Virus record (IMG/VR): IMGVR_UViG_3300048908_000317
Direction: 5' to 3' (one strand)
Length of the DNA stretch: 46,161 nt
DNA from: a virus
Below, in pieces: positions 23,429 to 33,018 of the stretch (the first letter of the stretch is position 1; the number at the start of each line of letters is the position of its first letter). The notes below the pieces were generated by a model. That model worked only from the letters and a program-made list of their open reading frames with translations. It had not been told where the DNA came from and did not search any database. The position numbers and the translations under genes are program-made.

Positions 23429-26400
23429 ATGGCCGATGACCTCTCGGGCCTGGACCAGGCCATCTCGCAGGCCCAAGGCACGCCGGCGCCTGCCTCTCCT
23501 GGTGCAGCCGGTCTCGACGACGCGATCGCGCAGGTGCGCGGGCAGCAGCGCGACGCGGCGGCCACGGCCGTGCGCAACAACCTGCAGTTCGCCGCGGGCG
23601 CGAACGCCGACGAAGAGGCCAAGTACCGGCACCTCGCGCGCTTCACCGGCCAGCCGCTGGAGTCGGTGCGCGCGGATCCGCAGCGCGCGCGCGTGGCCGC
23701 GGTACTGCAGGCCACCGACGCCGACCGGATCGCCGCAGACCATCCGGCCACCGCGGCCGCGCTGGGCGACGCCTCCACCGCCCGCCTCCTGCACGACGAC
23801 ATCCCGACGACGGCGAAGACCGAATCGCTGGTGAGTCGGCTTGGGGCGCTGCGGGACTACGTCTTCGGTGCCGGCACCGGGCCCAGCATGGCTGGCGACC
23901 TGTACCGCTCGGTCATCGGCGGCCTGTCCGTTCCGGCGAAGTACGTGAACCTCGCCGGCGGCGTCGTGCCGATCGGTCTGGACGCGCTGAAGGGCGCTGC
24001 TACGGGGACACCCACCACCGAGTACGAAGACCCGTACTTCGCGGCGGCGGTGGCGCCGGCGGATCGCAACATCGGGGCGGCGAAACTCCCCGAGCAGGTG
24101 CCGATCGAACGCCGCGCGACGGCCGCGGTGGGGCAACTCGCCGCGATGCTGGCCGAGGCCTTCGCCACCGGCGGCACCGCGGAAGCGCCCGCCGTCGTGC
24201 CGCCGATGCGCGAGTTCCTGACGAACGCCCTGGCGCACGCGACGCGCGCGATGTCGATCCCCGCGTCCTCGCACGGCATGCAGACCGGCGAGGACGTACT
24301 CAACGCCACCGGCGACGCGGGCGACGCGGTCAAGGCTGGCCTCGCGCAGTACCTCGTCGACACGGCGCAGGGCGTGCTGCCGGCGTCGGTGCAGGGCGGG
24401 CTGTTGAAGCGCGCTGGGACGGGCGCGGCCAATGCGGTGGTCACCGGCCAGGCCGGCCGCATGGCGATGAACGAGGTGATGCCCGAGAGCATGCGGCAGC
24501 CGTTCGACCCCGAGGGGGCGATCTCGGACGCCATCATCGGCGCAGGTCTGGGCGCTGCCATCGGCCCGCGGGCGGCGCCGGAGTGGCATGCCGCGGTGCG
24601 CCGCACCTACGCCGAGGCCGCGCAGAACGAGGCGACCACGCACGCGGCGAACCTGCTGACCGAGCTGGGCCAGACGATCTCCGAGGGCAAGTTCCGCGAG
24701 CGCGACCAGGAGGCGTTCCGCGACTTCATCGGCGACATGCACGGGCCCGACCTGTACGTCGACGGCCGCCAGCTCGCCGGGGCGCTCGACCAGTCCGGGC
24801 TCACGGGCGAGCAGCTGCAGCAGGCCCTTCCGGGGGTGGCCGAGCAGATGCGCGAGGCGCTGCAGTCCGACGGGATGGTTCGCGTCCCGATGGCGGACTA
24901 CGCGGCGCACATCGCCGGCGGCGCCGCGGACGCCGCGCTGCAGCCGCACCTTCGACTCGATCCGAACGGTCCCACCTTCGCCGAGGCGCAGGCCTCCCAG
25001 GGCAAGGAGGCGCAGCGCCTCACCGAAGCCGCGAACGGGCTGCTGAACGAGCCGGAGACCGAGAAGGCTGCCGCCTTCCGCGCATCGAGTGACGAGGTGC
25101 ACAAGCAGGTGCTCGAGAGCCTGACCTCGGCCAACCGCTTCCCGGCGGACGTCAATCGCCAGTACGCCGAGCTGGTCCGGGCGTACTACGACACGACGGC
25201 GCAGCGCACCGGCGCGCTGCCGACGGACCTATTCCAGGCGTTCCCGCTGGGCGTCCGCCAAGAGGGCGCCGGGAACCTCGGCGTGCGGCAAGAGAACGGG
25301 GAGGTGATGCAGGCGCAGGCGGATCGGCAGCCGCGCGCCAGCTACGACACCGAGACGGGCACGGTGATTCTGCGCAAGGATGCCGACCTCTCGTCCTTCC
25401 TGCACGAGGCGGGGCATCACTTCCTTGAGACGCACGCGCGGATCGCGATGGATCCGAACGCGCCGGAGTCGCTGCGCAAGGACGTCGAGGCGATCGTGGG
25501 CGATCCGGCCGCGTGGCTGGCGAAGTCGCTGAACGAGCGACGCGACACGCACGAGAACTTCGCCCGCTCCTTCGAGCAGTACCTGATGGAGGGGAAGGCC
25601 CCGGCGGCGAACCTGCGCGGGCTGTTCCAGCGCTTCCGCGCGTGGCTGGTGCAGGTCTATCGCTCGCTGGCTGGGACGCGCGGCGCGCTGTCGGACGACC
25701 TGCGCCAGGTGATGGATCGGATGCTCGCGAGCGACGACGCCATCCGCGAGCAGGAGGCTGTCCGCGGCATGTCCGCGCTGTTCCCCGTGAAACCAGAAGG
25801 CATGAGCGACGAAGCCTTCGCGGGCTACCGCGCGCTGGGCAAGCAGGCGACCGAGCACGCCTCAGCCAAGCTGTCGGACGCGAGCCTGCGTGACCTGAAG
25901 TGGCTGTCCAACGCAAAGGGCCGCGCGGTCAAGGCGCTGCAGGCGCAAGCACGTGAGGCGCGCGACGCGATCCGCGAGGAGGTGACGAAGGAGGTCGACG
26001 AGACGCCGGCGTTCCAGGCGAAGGCATTCATGCACGAGAACAGGGGCACGGATCCGGACATCGCTGCCGAGCGCTTCGGGTTTTCCAGCGGGGACGAAAT
26101 GGCGCAAGCCATCGCCGACGCGGGCGATCGCAAGGACGTGATCCAGGCGATGACCGATCAGCGCATGCTGCAGCGCCACGGCGAACTCACCGACCCGGTG
26201 TCGGTCGAACGCATGGCCGAAGAGGCCATCCACAACCAGGCGCGTGCGCGGTTCATCGCAACCGAGCTGAATGCCCTGGCGCGGTCGACCGGCTCGCCGG
26301 CGCTCCTTGCCCGGGCCGCGCGCAGCGCCGCGGAGGCTGCGGTGGCCGCCAAGCGCGTGCGCGACCTGCGCCCCGACCAGTACACGGCCGCCGAGGGCCG

Positions 26401-29023
26401 CGCGGCGCGCGAGGCGCAGGCCGCCTTCAAGAAGGGCGACGTGCCGATGGCCGCGGTCAAGAAGCGCGCGCAGCTGCTGTCCAACGCCATGGCGCGGGAG
26501 GCGCTGGATGCGCGCACCGAGGTTGCCCAGGGCGTGGCCTACCTGAAGAAGTTCGACAAGGCCTCGATCCGCGAGAACCTCGGCCCGGAGTTCCTGGCCC
26601 AGATCGACGCGCTGCGCGAACGCTACGACCTGCGCCAGGCGACCGGCAACAAGATCGACCAGCGCGCCACGCTGCGCGCGTTCGTCCAGGCGCGGCTGAA
26701 CGCCGGGGAAGCGACGATCCCGGCCCGCGCGGAGGCGCTGCTCTCGCCGAAGGAGCGCGCCGCGTTCGAGGCCTTGATCCAGTCGCGCGACGCCGATGGC
26801 AACCTGGTCTACGCCGAGCCGGCCGAGCAGGACAAGCTGCTCGCCGAAGCCCTCGATCGCAGCGAGCGCATGCCCTACCAGCAGATGACCGTCGAGGCCT
26901 TCCGAGGACTCCGGGATACCGTCAAGACGCTCGAACACCTGGCGCGCCAGGAAGGCAAGATGCTGACCGCCGAGGCCGAGCGCAGCTACCGGGAGGTGCG
27001 CGACGAGATGGCGGGCTCGATCGCCGAGCACGCCACGGCGAGCGGGAAGGGCGACCGCAGCGCGGCGACCGTGCTCGGGCGCGCGCTACAGGGAATCCGG
27101 GCCTTCGGCGCCGCGCACATCAAGGTCGCGACCTGGGCGCGCATCATGGACGGCGGGGAGGACAACGGCGCGGTCTGGCGCTACCTCGTCATGCCTGCGA
27201 ACAAGGCGGCCACGTTCGAGACCGGCCGGCGCGCCGAGGCGACGCAGGCGCTCTCGGCCATCTGGCGGCCCGTGCTCAAGGACGTCTCGTTCCGCGACCG
27301 GGCCGGCTCAGGACGCTTCTTCCCGGAGCTCGACACCTCGCTGAACTGGCAGGAGCGCATGGCGATGGCGCTCAACTACGGCAACGAGGGCAACCTGCAG
27401 CGCCTGCTCGGGGGAGGCATTGCCGCGAAGCGGGAGCGCCTGACGATGCCGCAGGTGCAAGCCGTGCTGAAGACGCTGACCGCGGCGGAGTGGCGCGCCG
27501 TCCAGGCGACGTGGGATCACCTCGAGACGTACCGGCCGGAGGTGGGCGCGCTCGAGCGCCGCATGTCCGGCGTGGAGCCGAATTGGGTCGAGGCGCGGCC
27601 GTTCAAGGTGACGACCGCCGACGGTCAGAACCTGAGCCTGAAGGGCGGCTACTACCCGATCATGTACGACCCGCGCGGCAGCCTGAAGGCGCAGCAGCAC
27701 GCCGACGCGGCCGATGCGAAGGCGATGCTGAAGGGGGCTTACTCGCAGGCGGCCACGCAGCACGGCTTCACGAAGAACCGCGTCGAGGAGGTCAACGGCC
27801 GCCCGCTGATGCTGCGCTGGGATTCGCTGTACCGCGGCGTCAACGACGTCATCCACGACCTCGCCTGGCGCGAGTGGGTGCGCGACGCGAACAAGCTGAT
27901 GCGCTCGAAGACGATCGACGCGCAGATCCGCGACCACTACGGGCCCGAGGTGAAGCGCGAGTTCGAGAAGTGGCGCGATGACATCGTGGCCGGAGCCCGC
28001 CGCCTGGACAGCAAGGTGGAGACGGCCGCTGGCGTGCTGCGTCAGGGCGTGGCCGCATCCGGCCTGACGTTCAACGTCATGTCCGCGGCGATGCAGCCGC
28101 TCGGGCTGACGCAATCCTTCGCGCGCGTGGGCGCCGGCCCGATGGCGCGCGGGCTCGCGAAGTACATCGGCTCGCCGATCGACGCCACGCGCGAGGCGAA
28201 CGCGAAGTCGGCATGGATGGCGAACCGCATGCGCACGCGCTTCCGCGAGCTCAACGAGCTGCGCAACGCGGTGCAGGGCCAGACGGCGGGCAAGGAACTT
28301 CTCGGGCGATACGGCTACTGGCTGATGATGCGCGCGCAGCAGATGGTCGACGTCCCGACCTGGCACGGCGCCTACGAGAAGGCCATCGCAGAGGGGCATG
28401 GCGACGACACGGCGGTGCACCTGGCCGACCAGGCCGTGAAGGATGCGCAGGGCGGGGGCGAGGAAGTCGACCAGGCTGGCATCGAGCGCGGCGGCCCGCT
28501 CGTGAAGCTGTTCACGACCTTCTATGGCTTCATGAACACCGCGGCCAACATGGGCTACCTGAGCCTGAAGACGCAGCGCTCGGCGGCCGTCAAGGCCGCG
28601 CACCTACTGCTGCTCTACTCGGTGCCGGCTGTGCTCGGAGCGCTCGTGAAGGACGCGCTGACGCCGGGCGACTCTGGCAACTGGGACGAGGACCACATCG
28701 CCAAGAAGCTGGCGCAGGAGCAGGCGAGCTATCTGCTCGGTCTGGTCGTCTTCGGCCGCGAGTTCTCGGGGCTGGTGTCGGGGCAAGACTACTCCGGCCC
28801 GGCCGGCGTGCGGCTCATCCCCGACACCGCCAAGCTCGTCACACAGGCCAAACAGGGCGACTTCGACGACGCGTTCCGCAAGGCGCTCGTCAACGAGCTC
28901 GGCGACCTGATGGGGCTGCCCGGCGCGCAGATCAATCGCACGATCACGGGCACCGAGGCCCTGAGCGATGGTGAGACGGACAACCCGGCTGCGGTGCTGT
29001 TCGGATACCAGCAGCCGCATTGA
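23429..29023 (+). CDS. Giant internal virion/ejection protein (polyvalent-type) with HExxH zincin-like motif
   Basis: 1864 aa single ORF in the T7 gp16 position. ILRKDADLSSFLHEAGHHFLE...ENFARSFEQYLMEG (nt ~25385-25590). Hydrophobic C-terminal segments. Confidence 0.7.
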   Translation: MADDLSGLDQAISQAQGTPAPASPGAAGLDDAIAQVRGQQRDAAATAVRNNLQFAAGANADEEAKYRHLARFTGQPLESVRADPQRARVAAVLQATDADRIAADHPATAAALGDASTARLLHDDIPTTAKTESLVSRLGALRDYVFGAGTGPSMAGDLYRSVIGGLSVPAKYVNLAGGVVPIGLDALKGAATGTPTTEYEDPYFAAAVAPADRNIGAAKLPEQVPIERRATAAVGQLAAMLAEAFATGGTAEAPAVVPPMREFLTNALAHATRAMSIPASSHGMQTGEDVLNATGDAGDAVKAGLAQYLVDTAQGVLPASVQGGLLKRAGTGAANAVVTGQAGRMAMNEVMPESMRQPFDPEGAISDAIIGAGLGAAIGPRAAPEWHAAVRRTYAEAAQNEATTHAANLLTELGQTISEGKFRERDQEAFRDFIGDMHGPDLYVDGRQLAGALDQSGLTGEQLQQALPGVAEQMREALQSDGMVRVPMADYAAHIAGGAADAALQPHLRLDPNGPTFAEAQASQGKEAQRLTEAANGLLNEPETEKAAAFRASSDEVHKQVLESLTSANRFPADVNRQYAELVRAYYDTTAQRTGALPTDLFQAFPLGVRQEGAGNLGVRQENGEVMQAQADRQPRASYDTETGTVILRKDADLSSFLHEAGHHFLETHARIAMDPNAPESLRKDVEAIVGDPAAWLAKSLNERRDTHENFARSFEQYLMEGKAPAANLRGLFQRFRAWLVQVYRSLAGTRGALSDDLRQVMDRMLASDDAIREQEAVRGMSALFPVKPEGMSDEAFAGYRALGKQATEHASAKLSDASLRDLKWLSNAKGRAVKALQAQAREARDAIREEVTKEVDETPAFQAKAFMHENRGTDPDIAAERFGFSSGDEMAQAIADAGDRKDVIQAMTDQRMLQRHGELTDPVSVERMAEEAIHNQARARFIATELNALARSTGSPALLARAARSAAEAAVAAKRVRDLRPDQYTAAEGRAAREAQAAFKKGDVPMAAVKKRAQLLSNAMAREALDARTEVAQGVAYLKKFDKASIRENLGPEFLAQIDALRERYDLRQATGNKIDQRATLRAFVQARLNAGEATIPARAEALLSPKERAAFEALIQSRDADGNLVYAEPAEQDKLLAEALDRSERMPYQQMTVEAFRGLRDTVKTLEHLARQEGKMLTAEAERSYREVRDEMAGSIAEHATASGKGDRSAATVLGRALQGIRAFGAAHIKVATWARIMDGGEDNGAVWRYLVMPANKAATFETGRRAEATQALSAIWRPVLKDVSFRDRAGSGRFFPELDTSLNWQERMAMALNYGNEGNLQRLLGGGIAAKRERLTMPQVQAVLKTLTAAEWRAVQATWDHLETYRPEVGALERRMSGVEPNWVEARPFKVTTADGQNLSLKGGYYPIMYDPRGSLKAQQHADAADAKAMLKGAYSQAATQHGFTKNRVEEVNGRPLMLRWDSLYRGVNDVIHDLAWREWVRDANKLMRSKTIDAQIRDHYGPEVKREFEKWRDDIVAGARRLDSKVETAAGVLRQGVAASGLTFNVMSAAMQPLGLTQSFARVGAGPMARGLAKYIGSPIDATREANAKSAWMANRMRTRFRELNELRNAVQGQTAGKELLGRYGYWLMMRAQQMVDVPTWHGAYEKAIAEGHGDDTAVHLADQAVKDAQGGGEEVDQAGIERGGPLVKLFTTFYGFMNTAANMGYLSLKTQRSAAVKAAHLLLLYSVPAVLGALVKDALTPGDSGNWDEDHIAKKLAQEQASYLLGLVVFGREFSGLVSGQDYSGPAGVRLIPDTAKLVTQAKQGDFDDAFRKALVNELGDLMGLPGAQINRTITGTEALSDGETDNPAAVLFGYQQPH

Positions 29024-29086
29024 GGTATGCGGCGCACCGGAATGGCTGCTGAGAATCCGCGCAGCCTCTCCGCCCCGCGCCCATGA
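29024..29086 (+). promoter_or_regulatory. Conserved box GGTATGCGGCGCACCGG + 19-codon mini-ORF (copy B)
   Basis: Begins immediately after the stop of the 1864-aa gene. The mini-ORF MRRTGMAAENPRSLSAPRP ends in an ATGA overlap with the tailspike start. Confidence 0.6.
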
Positions 29087-31515
29087 CCGTCTCCAGCACC
29101 GTCCGCACCGCGGGCCCGTACCTCGGGACCGGGTCGGTCAGCAACTATCCGTTCGCCTTCAAGGTCTTCGCGACCACCGACCTCCTCGTGCAGGTCACGA
29201 CGGCGGGCGTGCTGGTGGATCTCGTCTACGGATCCGACTACTCGGTTTCCATCAACTCTGACCAGAACGCAGACCCCGGCGGCTGGGTCACGCTGACATC
29301 GCCGTTGGCACTCAGCGCCGCGCTGATGATCGGCTCGGTCGTACCGCAGACGCAACCCACGCGCATCACGAACCCGGGCGGCTTCTTTCCGCAGGTTCAA
29401 GAGGACACCTTCGACAGGTGCGTCATCCTCATCCAGCAGGCGGCCGGCAACATCGGTGGATCGATCCGCGTGCCGGAGATCGGCGGCGTGCCGGCGCTGC
29501 CCGCCGCGGCGCAGCGCGCCGGGCTGCTGCTGGGGTTCGACGAAGCAGGCAACGCGATCGCCGTGGCGCCGGTCAATGGCTCAGCGACCGCGCTGGCCCT
29601 GCTTCTCGCCGGCACGACCGGGGCCGCGAACATCGGCATCGCCGACGCGGCCAACATCTTCACGGCCACGACCGTCGAAGCCGCAATCGCGCGCCTCGGC
29701 AAGGATGCGCGGGGCCGCTTGCGCGACGTGCGCGACTTCCCCGGCATCGTGGCCGACGGCGCCACCGACGACTTTCTCGCGTTCCAGACCGCGGCGCAGA
29801 CCGCGCGCGACGGCGGCTACGGCATCTTCTTCCCGAAGGGCGTGAAGCTCTTCATCCAGTTCAGCACCACGCACCCGCAACTGTGCATCGACGGCCCCGT
29901 GCACTGGGAGGGCGCCGACCGCATGACGTGCGGCTTCAACTTCCACTGCAACTACGAGATGCCCGCGGGGCACGCGCCGCTGTTCATGTGGGGTGTGCAG
30001 AGCAAGAGCGCGGTGGTGAACAAGGTCACCGGCATCGTGCGCGGCATCGGGTGGTGGCTGCAGTCCGGTGCGCAGCGTTTCGAGAGCTGCTGCCACGTCT
30101 ATGGCGCGAAGGACTTCACCGTCGAAGAGTGCTACGCCGACTTCACGGCGGTCACCTGGCCGGCGAAGGACGGCGGCCACTCGAACGGGTATCAGGCGGG
30201 GGGCTGGTGGCGCAGCAACGTCCAGCCATCGTGGGCGACGGGCCAGACGCGCGACGAGAACATCCGCTTCATCCGCAACATCGGCTACGCCTCGGCCGAG
30301 TACCAGAACGCGGAGTCGATCGGCTTCACGAACGTGTACGGCCTGGAGTACGTCGGCAACAAGCTGATCGGTTTCTCAGACGACCTCGCTGCGCACCAGT
30401 GCACGTGGGTCACGATGCGCAGCAACCACGTCGAGGGCGTGTCATCCCGGCTCTTCCTGGGCAACTGCCATCACGCCAAGATCATCGAGAACGAGATCCT
30501 GCCGGTGCCGAGGCCGATCGTGGGCGGCTATGACCTCGGCGCGCCTCACACGCGCACCTACATCATCTCCACGATGTACTCGCAGGACGGTGAGATTTAC
30601 ACCGACACCCCGAGCTACGACATCACGATCGCGCGCAACTCGATCTACCTGCCCTCGGGGTCGTACTGCTCCACTGCGATCACGACCTATGGTGTGCAGG
30701 ACGGCCTGTCGATCCTGGACAACAAGCTCTACAACGACGGCGCGACCTCGCCCGCCACCAGCATCCTCGTCTCGACGCTGTACCGCAACGACGGCGTCGG
30801 CAAGGTCTGGACGGGCCCGGTCGGCAACCCCGACTACGCGGCCGGCGGTGCGGTGCGCATGCGCTCCGTCGTCATCCGCGGCAACCAGGAACTCGGCGCC
30901 GGGTGGGCACCGAACGAGGGTCAGGTCACGGTAGGCGTGTACGCCGGCGGATCATCGAGCGACATCATCGGCCCGATCGAGGTGGACGCAAACGTCGCAG
31001 GCAGCTACTACCTCTCGCACGAGCCGGTGCACTTCTCGGAGAACAACCGAGCGTTGCCGGCGAGCACTGCGCCGTACCAGAACGTCAGCGCCGTGTGCCT
31101 GCTGCGCAACCACCGTCAGGGCTACATCGTGGAGCTCAAGACGTCGCAGCAGCTGGAGGGCACGCACCATCCAGTGGGTTCGCCTCAGACGGTGCTCGAC
31201 GCCTACGGCGGCGGAAGTGGCATGGTTTTCGCGGCCCAGCAAGACGGCTCCGTCCGGGGCGTGATGCTCACGTTGACCGCCGCGATGGTGGCCGGCAACG
31301 CCTGCACGGTGAGCATTCTCAAGAACGGCTCCCTCCTCGGCTCGGTGGCCACGACCTCCCTGGCCGCAGCGAACACCTTCCGCTATCTGGCGAACTTCGC
31401 GGGGACTGCCATGGCTTTCGCTAAGGGCGACTCGATCGCGATCCAGCTCGGGTTCGACGTGAGCCAAGTCACAGCGATCGCCGGCAAGGCGGAGCTCATG
31501 GTGATCTACGAATGA
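29083..31515 (+). CDS. Tailspike/tail fibre with right-handed beta-helix (pectate-lyase-3-like) depolymerase domain
   Basis: 810 aa. N-terminal anchor domain, then LRDVRDFPGIVADGATDDFLAFQTAAQTARDGGYGIFFPKG, typical of Pectate_lyase_3-type tailspikes. Confidence 0.7.
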   Translation: MTVSSTVRTAGPYLGTGSVSNYPFAFKVFATTDLLVQVTTAGVLVDLVYGSDYSVSINSDQNADPGGWVTLTSPLALSAALMIGSVVPQTQPTRITNPGGFFPQVQEDTFDRCVILIQQAAGNIGGSIRVPEIGGVPALPAAAQRAGLLLGFDEAGNAIAVAPVNGSATALALLLAGTTGAANIGIADAANIFTATTVEAAIARLGKDARGRLRDVRDFPGIVADGATDDFLAFQTAAQTARDGGYGIFFPKGVKLFIQFSTTHPQLCIDGPVHWEGADRMTCGFNFHCNYEMPAGHAPLFMWGVQSKSAVVNKVTGIVRGIGWWLQSGAQRFESCCHVYGAKDFTVEECYADFTAVTWPAKDGGHSNGYQAGGWWRSNVQPSWATGQTRDENIRFIRNIGYASAEYQNAESIGFTNVYGLEYVGNKLIGFSDDLAAHQCTWVTMRSNHVEGVSSRLFLGNCHHAKIIENEILPVPRPIVGGYDLGAPHTRTYIISTMYSQDGEIYTDTPSYDITIARNSIYLPSGSYCSTAITTYGVQDGLSILDNKLYNDGATSPATSILVSTLYRNDGVGKVWTGPVGNPDYAAGGAVRMRSVVIRGNQELGAGWAPNEGQVTVGVYAGGSSSDIIGPIEVDANVAGSYYLSHEPVHFSENNRALPASTAPYQNVSAVCLLRNHRQGYIVELKTSQQLEGTHHPVGSPQTVLDAYGGGSGMVFAAQQDGSVRGVMLTLTAAMVAGNACTVSILKNGSLLGSVATTSLAAANTFRYLANFAGTAMAFAKGDSIAIQLGFDVSQVTAIAGKAELMVIYE

Positions 31516-31832
31516 TCGACGACGGCGGTCTGAACATTCCTGTGCGCACCGCGGCGACCGTGCTGGGCATGTCCCTCCTCGGCGGCATCGTGAGCTGGAT
31601 CGCCAAGGTGCGCGCCGGAGAAGCGGCGAGCCTGATGCGCCTGGTCGGCGAGCTCTGCACGAGCGCCTTCGCCGGCTTCCTCTGCTACCTGCTGTGCGAC
31701 TGGGCCGGCCTCAACCTGCGCCTGACCATCTGCATGGTGGGAGTCGCGGGCCACATGGGCACGCGCGCCATCACCGCATTCGAAGCCTTCGCCGAGAAGC
31801 GCTGGGCCACGATGACCGGGGATCCGAAGTGA
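31512..31832 (+). CDS. Holin
   Basis: 106 aa. Multiple hydrophobic helices (VLGMSLLGGIVSWIA, CTSAFAGFLCYLLC, LTICMVGVAGHMG). First gene of the lysis cassette. Confidence 0.65.
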   Translation: MIDDGGLNIPVRTAATVLGMSLLGGIVSWIAKVRAGEAASLMRLVGELCTSAFAGFLCYLLCDWAGLNLRLTICMVGVAGHMGTRAITAFEAFAEKRWATMTGDPK

Positions 31833-32020
31833 CGAGCGAGCGCCGCGTGCCGCAGTACGGGCATCGCCGCGACCCCTGGCCGCTGCCGTCCCCGACGCCC
31901 TTCGGCTGCCCGACCTACCTCTTCCTGTCCCCTCGCGCGCTCGACGAGCTCATGCGCGCCGAGTCCCGCGCCGCCCTCGAGCTCGCCCGCTCCATGGAGG
32001 TGCCTCGTGAGAACCACTGA
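31829..32020 (+). CDS. Hypothetical protein in lysis cassette
   Basis: 63 aa. GTGA overlap with the holin stop. Confidence 0.4.
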   Translation: MTSERRVPQYGHRRDPWPLPSPTPFGCPTYLFLSPRALDELMRAESRAALELARSMEVPRENH

Positions 32021-32162
32021 CCCCGAACCGACACCGTTCCAGCCCCTCGGCGACCGAGTGAAGGCCCCCGCCCCAGCGCCGACACCGTGGAAGCAGCTGC
32101 GGCCGGGCGTCTGGGAGGGCCCGGACGGAAAGCTGGCGACCGAGCCGCCCAAGGAGAAGTGA
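32007..32162 (+). CDS. Small Pro-rich hypothetical protein (51 aa)
   Basis: Hand-translated from GTG 32007. Its stop overlaps the endolysin ATG (TGATG). Weak call. Confidence 0.3.
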   Translation: MRTTDPEPTPFQPLGDRVKAPAPAPTPWKQLRPGVWEGPDGKLATEPPKEK

Positions 32163-32626
32163 TGTCGCCGAACCTGCGCGCGTTCCTTGACATGATCGCC
32201 TGGAGCGAGATCGGGCCAGCCCTGCTCGCCAAGAGCGACAACGGGTACAACGTGATCGTCGGATCGACGCCCGAACACCCCATCCTGTTCTCGGACTACT
32301 CGCACCACCCGAAGCTGCACAGCGACCGATGCAACTCGGACGCCGCGGGCCGCTACCAGTTCATGGGCCGGTACTGGGAGTTCTACCGCGACCAGCTGCA
32401 CCTGCCCGACTTCGGGAAGGATTCGCAGGACCGATGGGCGACTCAGCTCATTCGCGAGTGCCACGCTCTCGACGACATCGAGGCCGGGCATGTCTTCGTG
32501 GCAATCGCCAAGTGCGCGAGCGGCAAGCGGTGGGCGTCCTTCGAGGGCGCGAACTGCGGGCAGCACGAGAACAGCGCGGTCTCCCTCGCCGACGCGTATC
32601 GCCGCGCCGGCGGTCTCTCCTCCTGA
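32162..32626 (+). CDS. Endolysin, lambda R-type lytic transglycosylase (GH104)
   Basis: 154 aa. NLRAFLDMIAWSEIG...GYNVIVG...FSDYSHHP...AAGRYQFMGRYWEFYRDQLHLPDFGKDSQD aligns closely to lambda R (KAFLDMLAWSEGT...GYDVIVGG...GAGRYQLLSRWWDAYRKQLGLKDFSPKSQD). Confidence 0.9.
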   Translation: MSPNLRAFLDMIAWSEIGPALLAKSDNGYNVIVGSTPEHPILFSDYSHHPKLHSDRCNSDAAGRYQFMGRYWEFYRDQLHLPDFGKDSQDRWATQLIRECHALDDIEAGHVFVAIAKCASGKRWASFEGANCGQHENSAVSLADAYRRAGGLSS

Positions 32627-32637
32627 AAGGCACCACC

Positions 32638-33018
32638 ATGATCCTCGATCCCACTCTTCTCCTCGTGATCGGCGCGGCCACCGCGGGCGGCGCGATCGCG
32701 AGCCACCTCCCCGGCATTGCGTCCTGGCTCGGCTCCAAGATGACCGCGGGCAAGGCCGCGGCACAGACGGTGGAAGCCAAGGTGGAGAGCGCCGCCGGCT
32801 CGGTCATGTCGGCCCTCGCGCATCCGATCACGACGATCGAGAACGCCGACCACACCGTTGTCCTGAAGGTCGCGGAGGAGGCCGGCCGGCTGGCCGCCTA
32901 CCTGACCGACAGGACGCCGGAGCAGGCGAAGGTGCGCGCGGTCAACGCGGTGATCGAGGCGAAGAACAAGGCGCTGGACGACCTCATCGCGAAGCTGCAG
33001 GCCGCGCGCCAGCAATGA
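32638..33018 (+). CDS. Membrane-anchored lysis-cassette protein (possible antiholin/second holin)
   Basis: 126 aa. N-terminal TM LLLVIGAATAGGAIASHL and a helical C-terminus. Confidence 0.5.
   Translation: MILDPTLLLVIGAATAGGAIASHLPGIASWLGSKMTAGKAAAQTVEAKVESAAGSVMSALAHPITTIENADHTVVLKVAEEAGRLAAYLTDRTPEQAKVRAVNAVIEAKNKALDDLIAKLQAARQQ

Noticed and set aside
21152-25102. 1316-aa ORF on the minus strand (the longest ORF after the 1864-aa gene)
   Set aside because: It is antisense to the SLT-domain and giant virion genes and is Arg/Gly/Ala/Pro-rich with no motifs. It is a typical shadow ORF of GC-rich DNA, where stop codons are rare. The plus-strand genes have clear domains, RBSs and coupling.
29083-31515. 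Diversity-generating retroelement, looked for because Bbp16/Bbp19-like genes recall Bordetella phage BPP-1
   Set aside because: No ORF carries reverse-transcriptase motifs (no YxDD box seen in any frame I read). No template/variable repeat pair was noticed near the tailspike 3-prime end.
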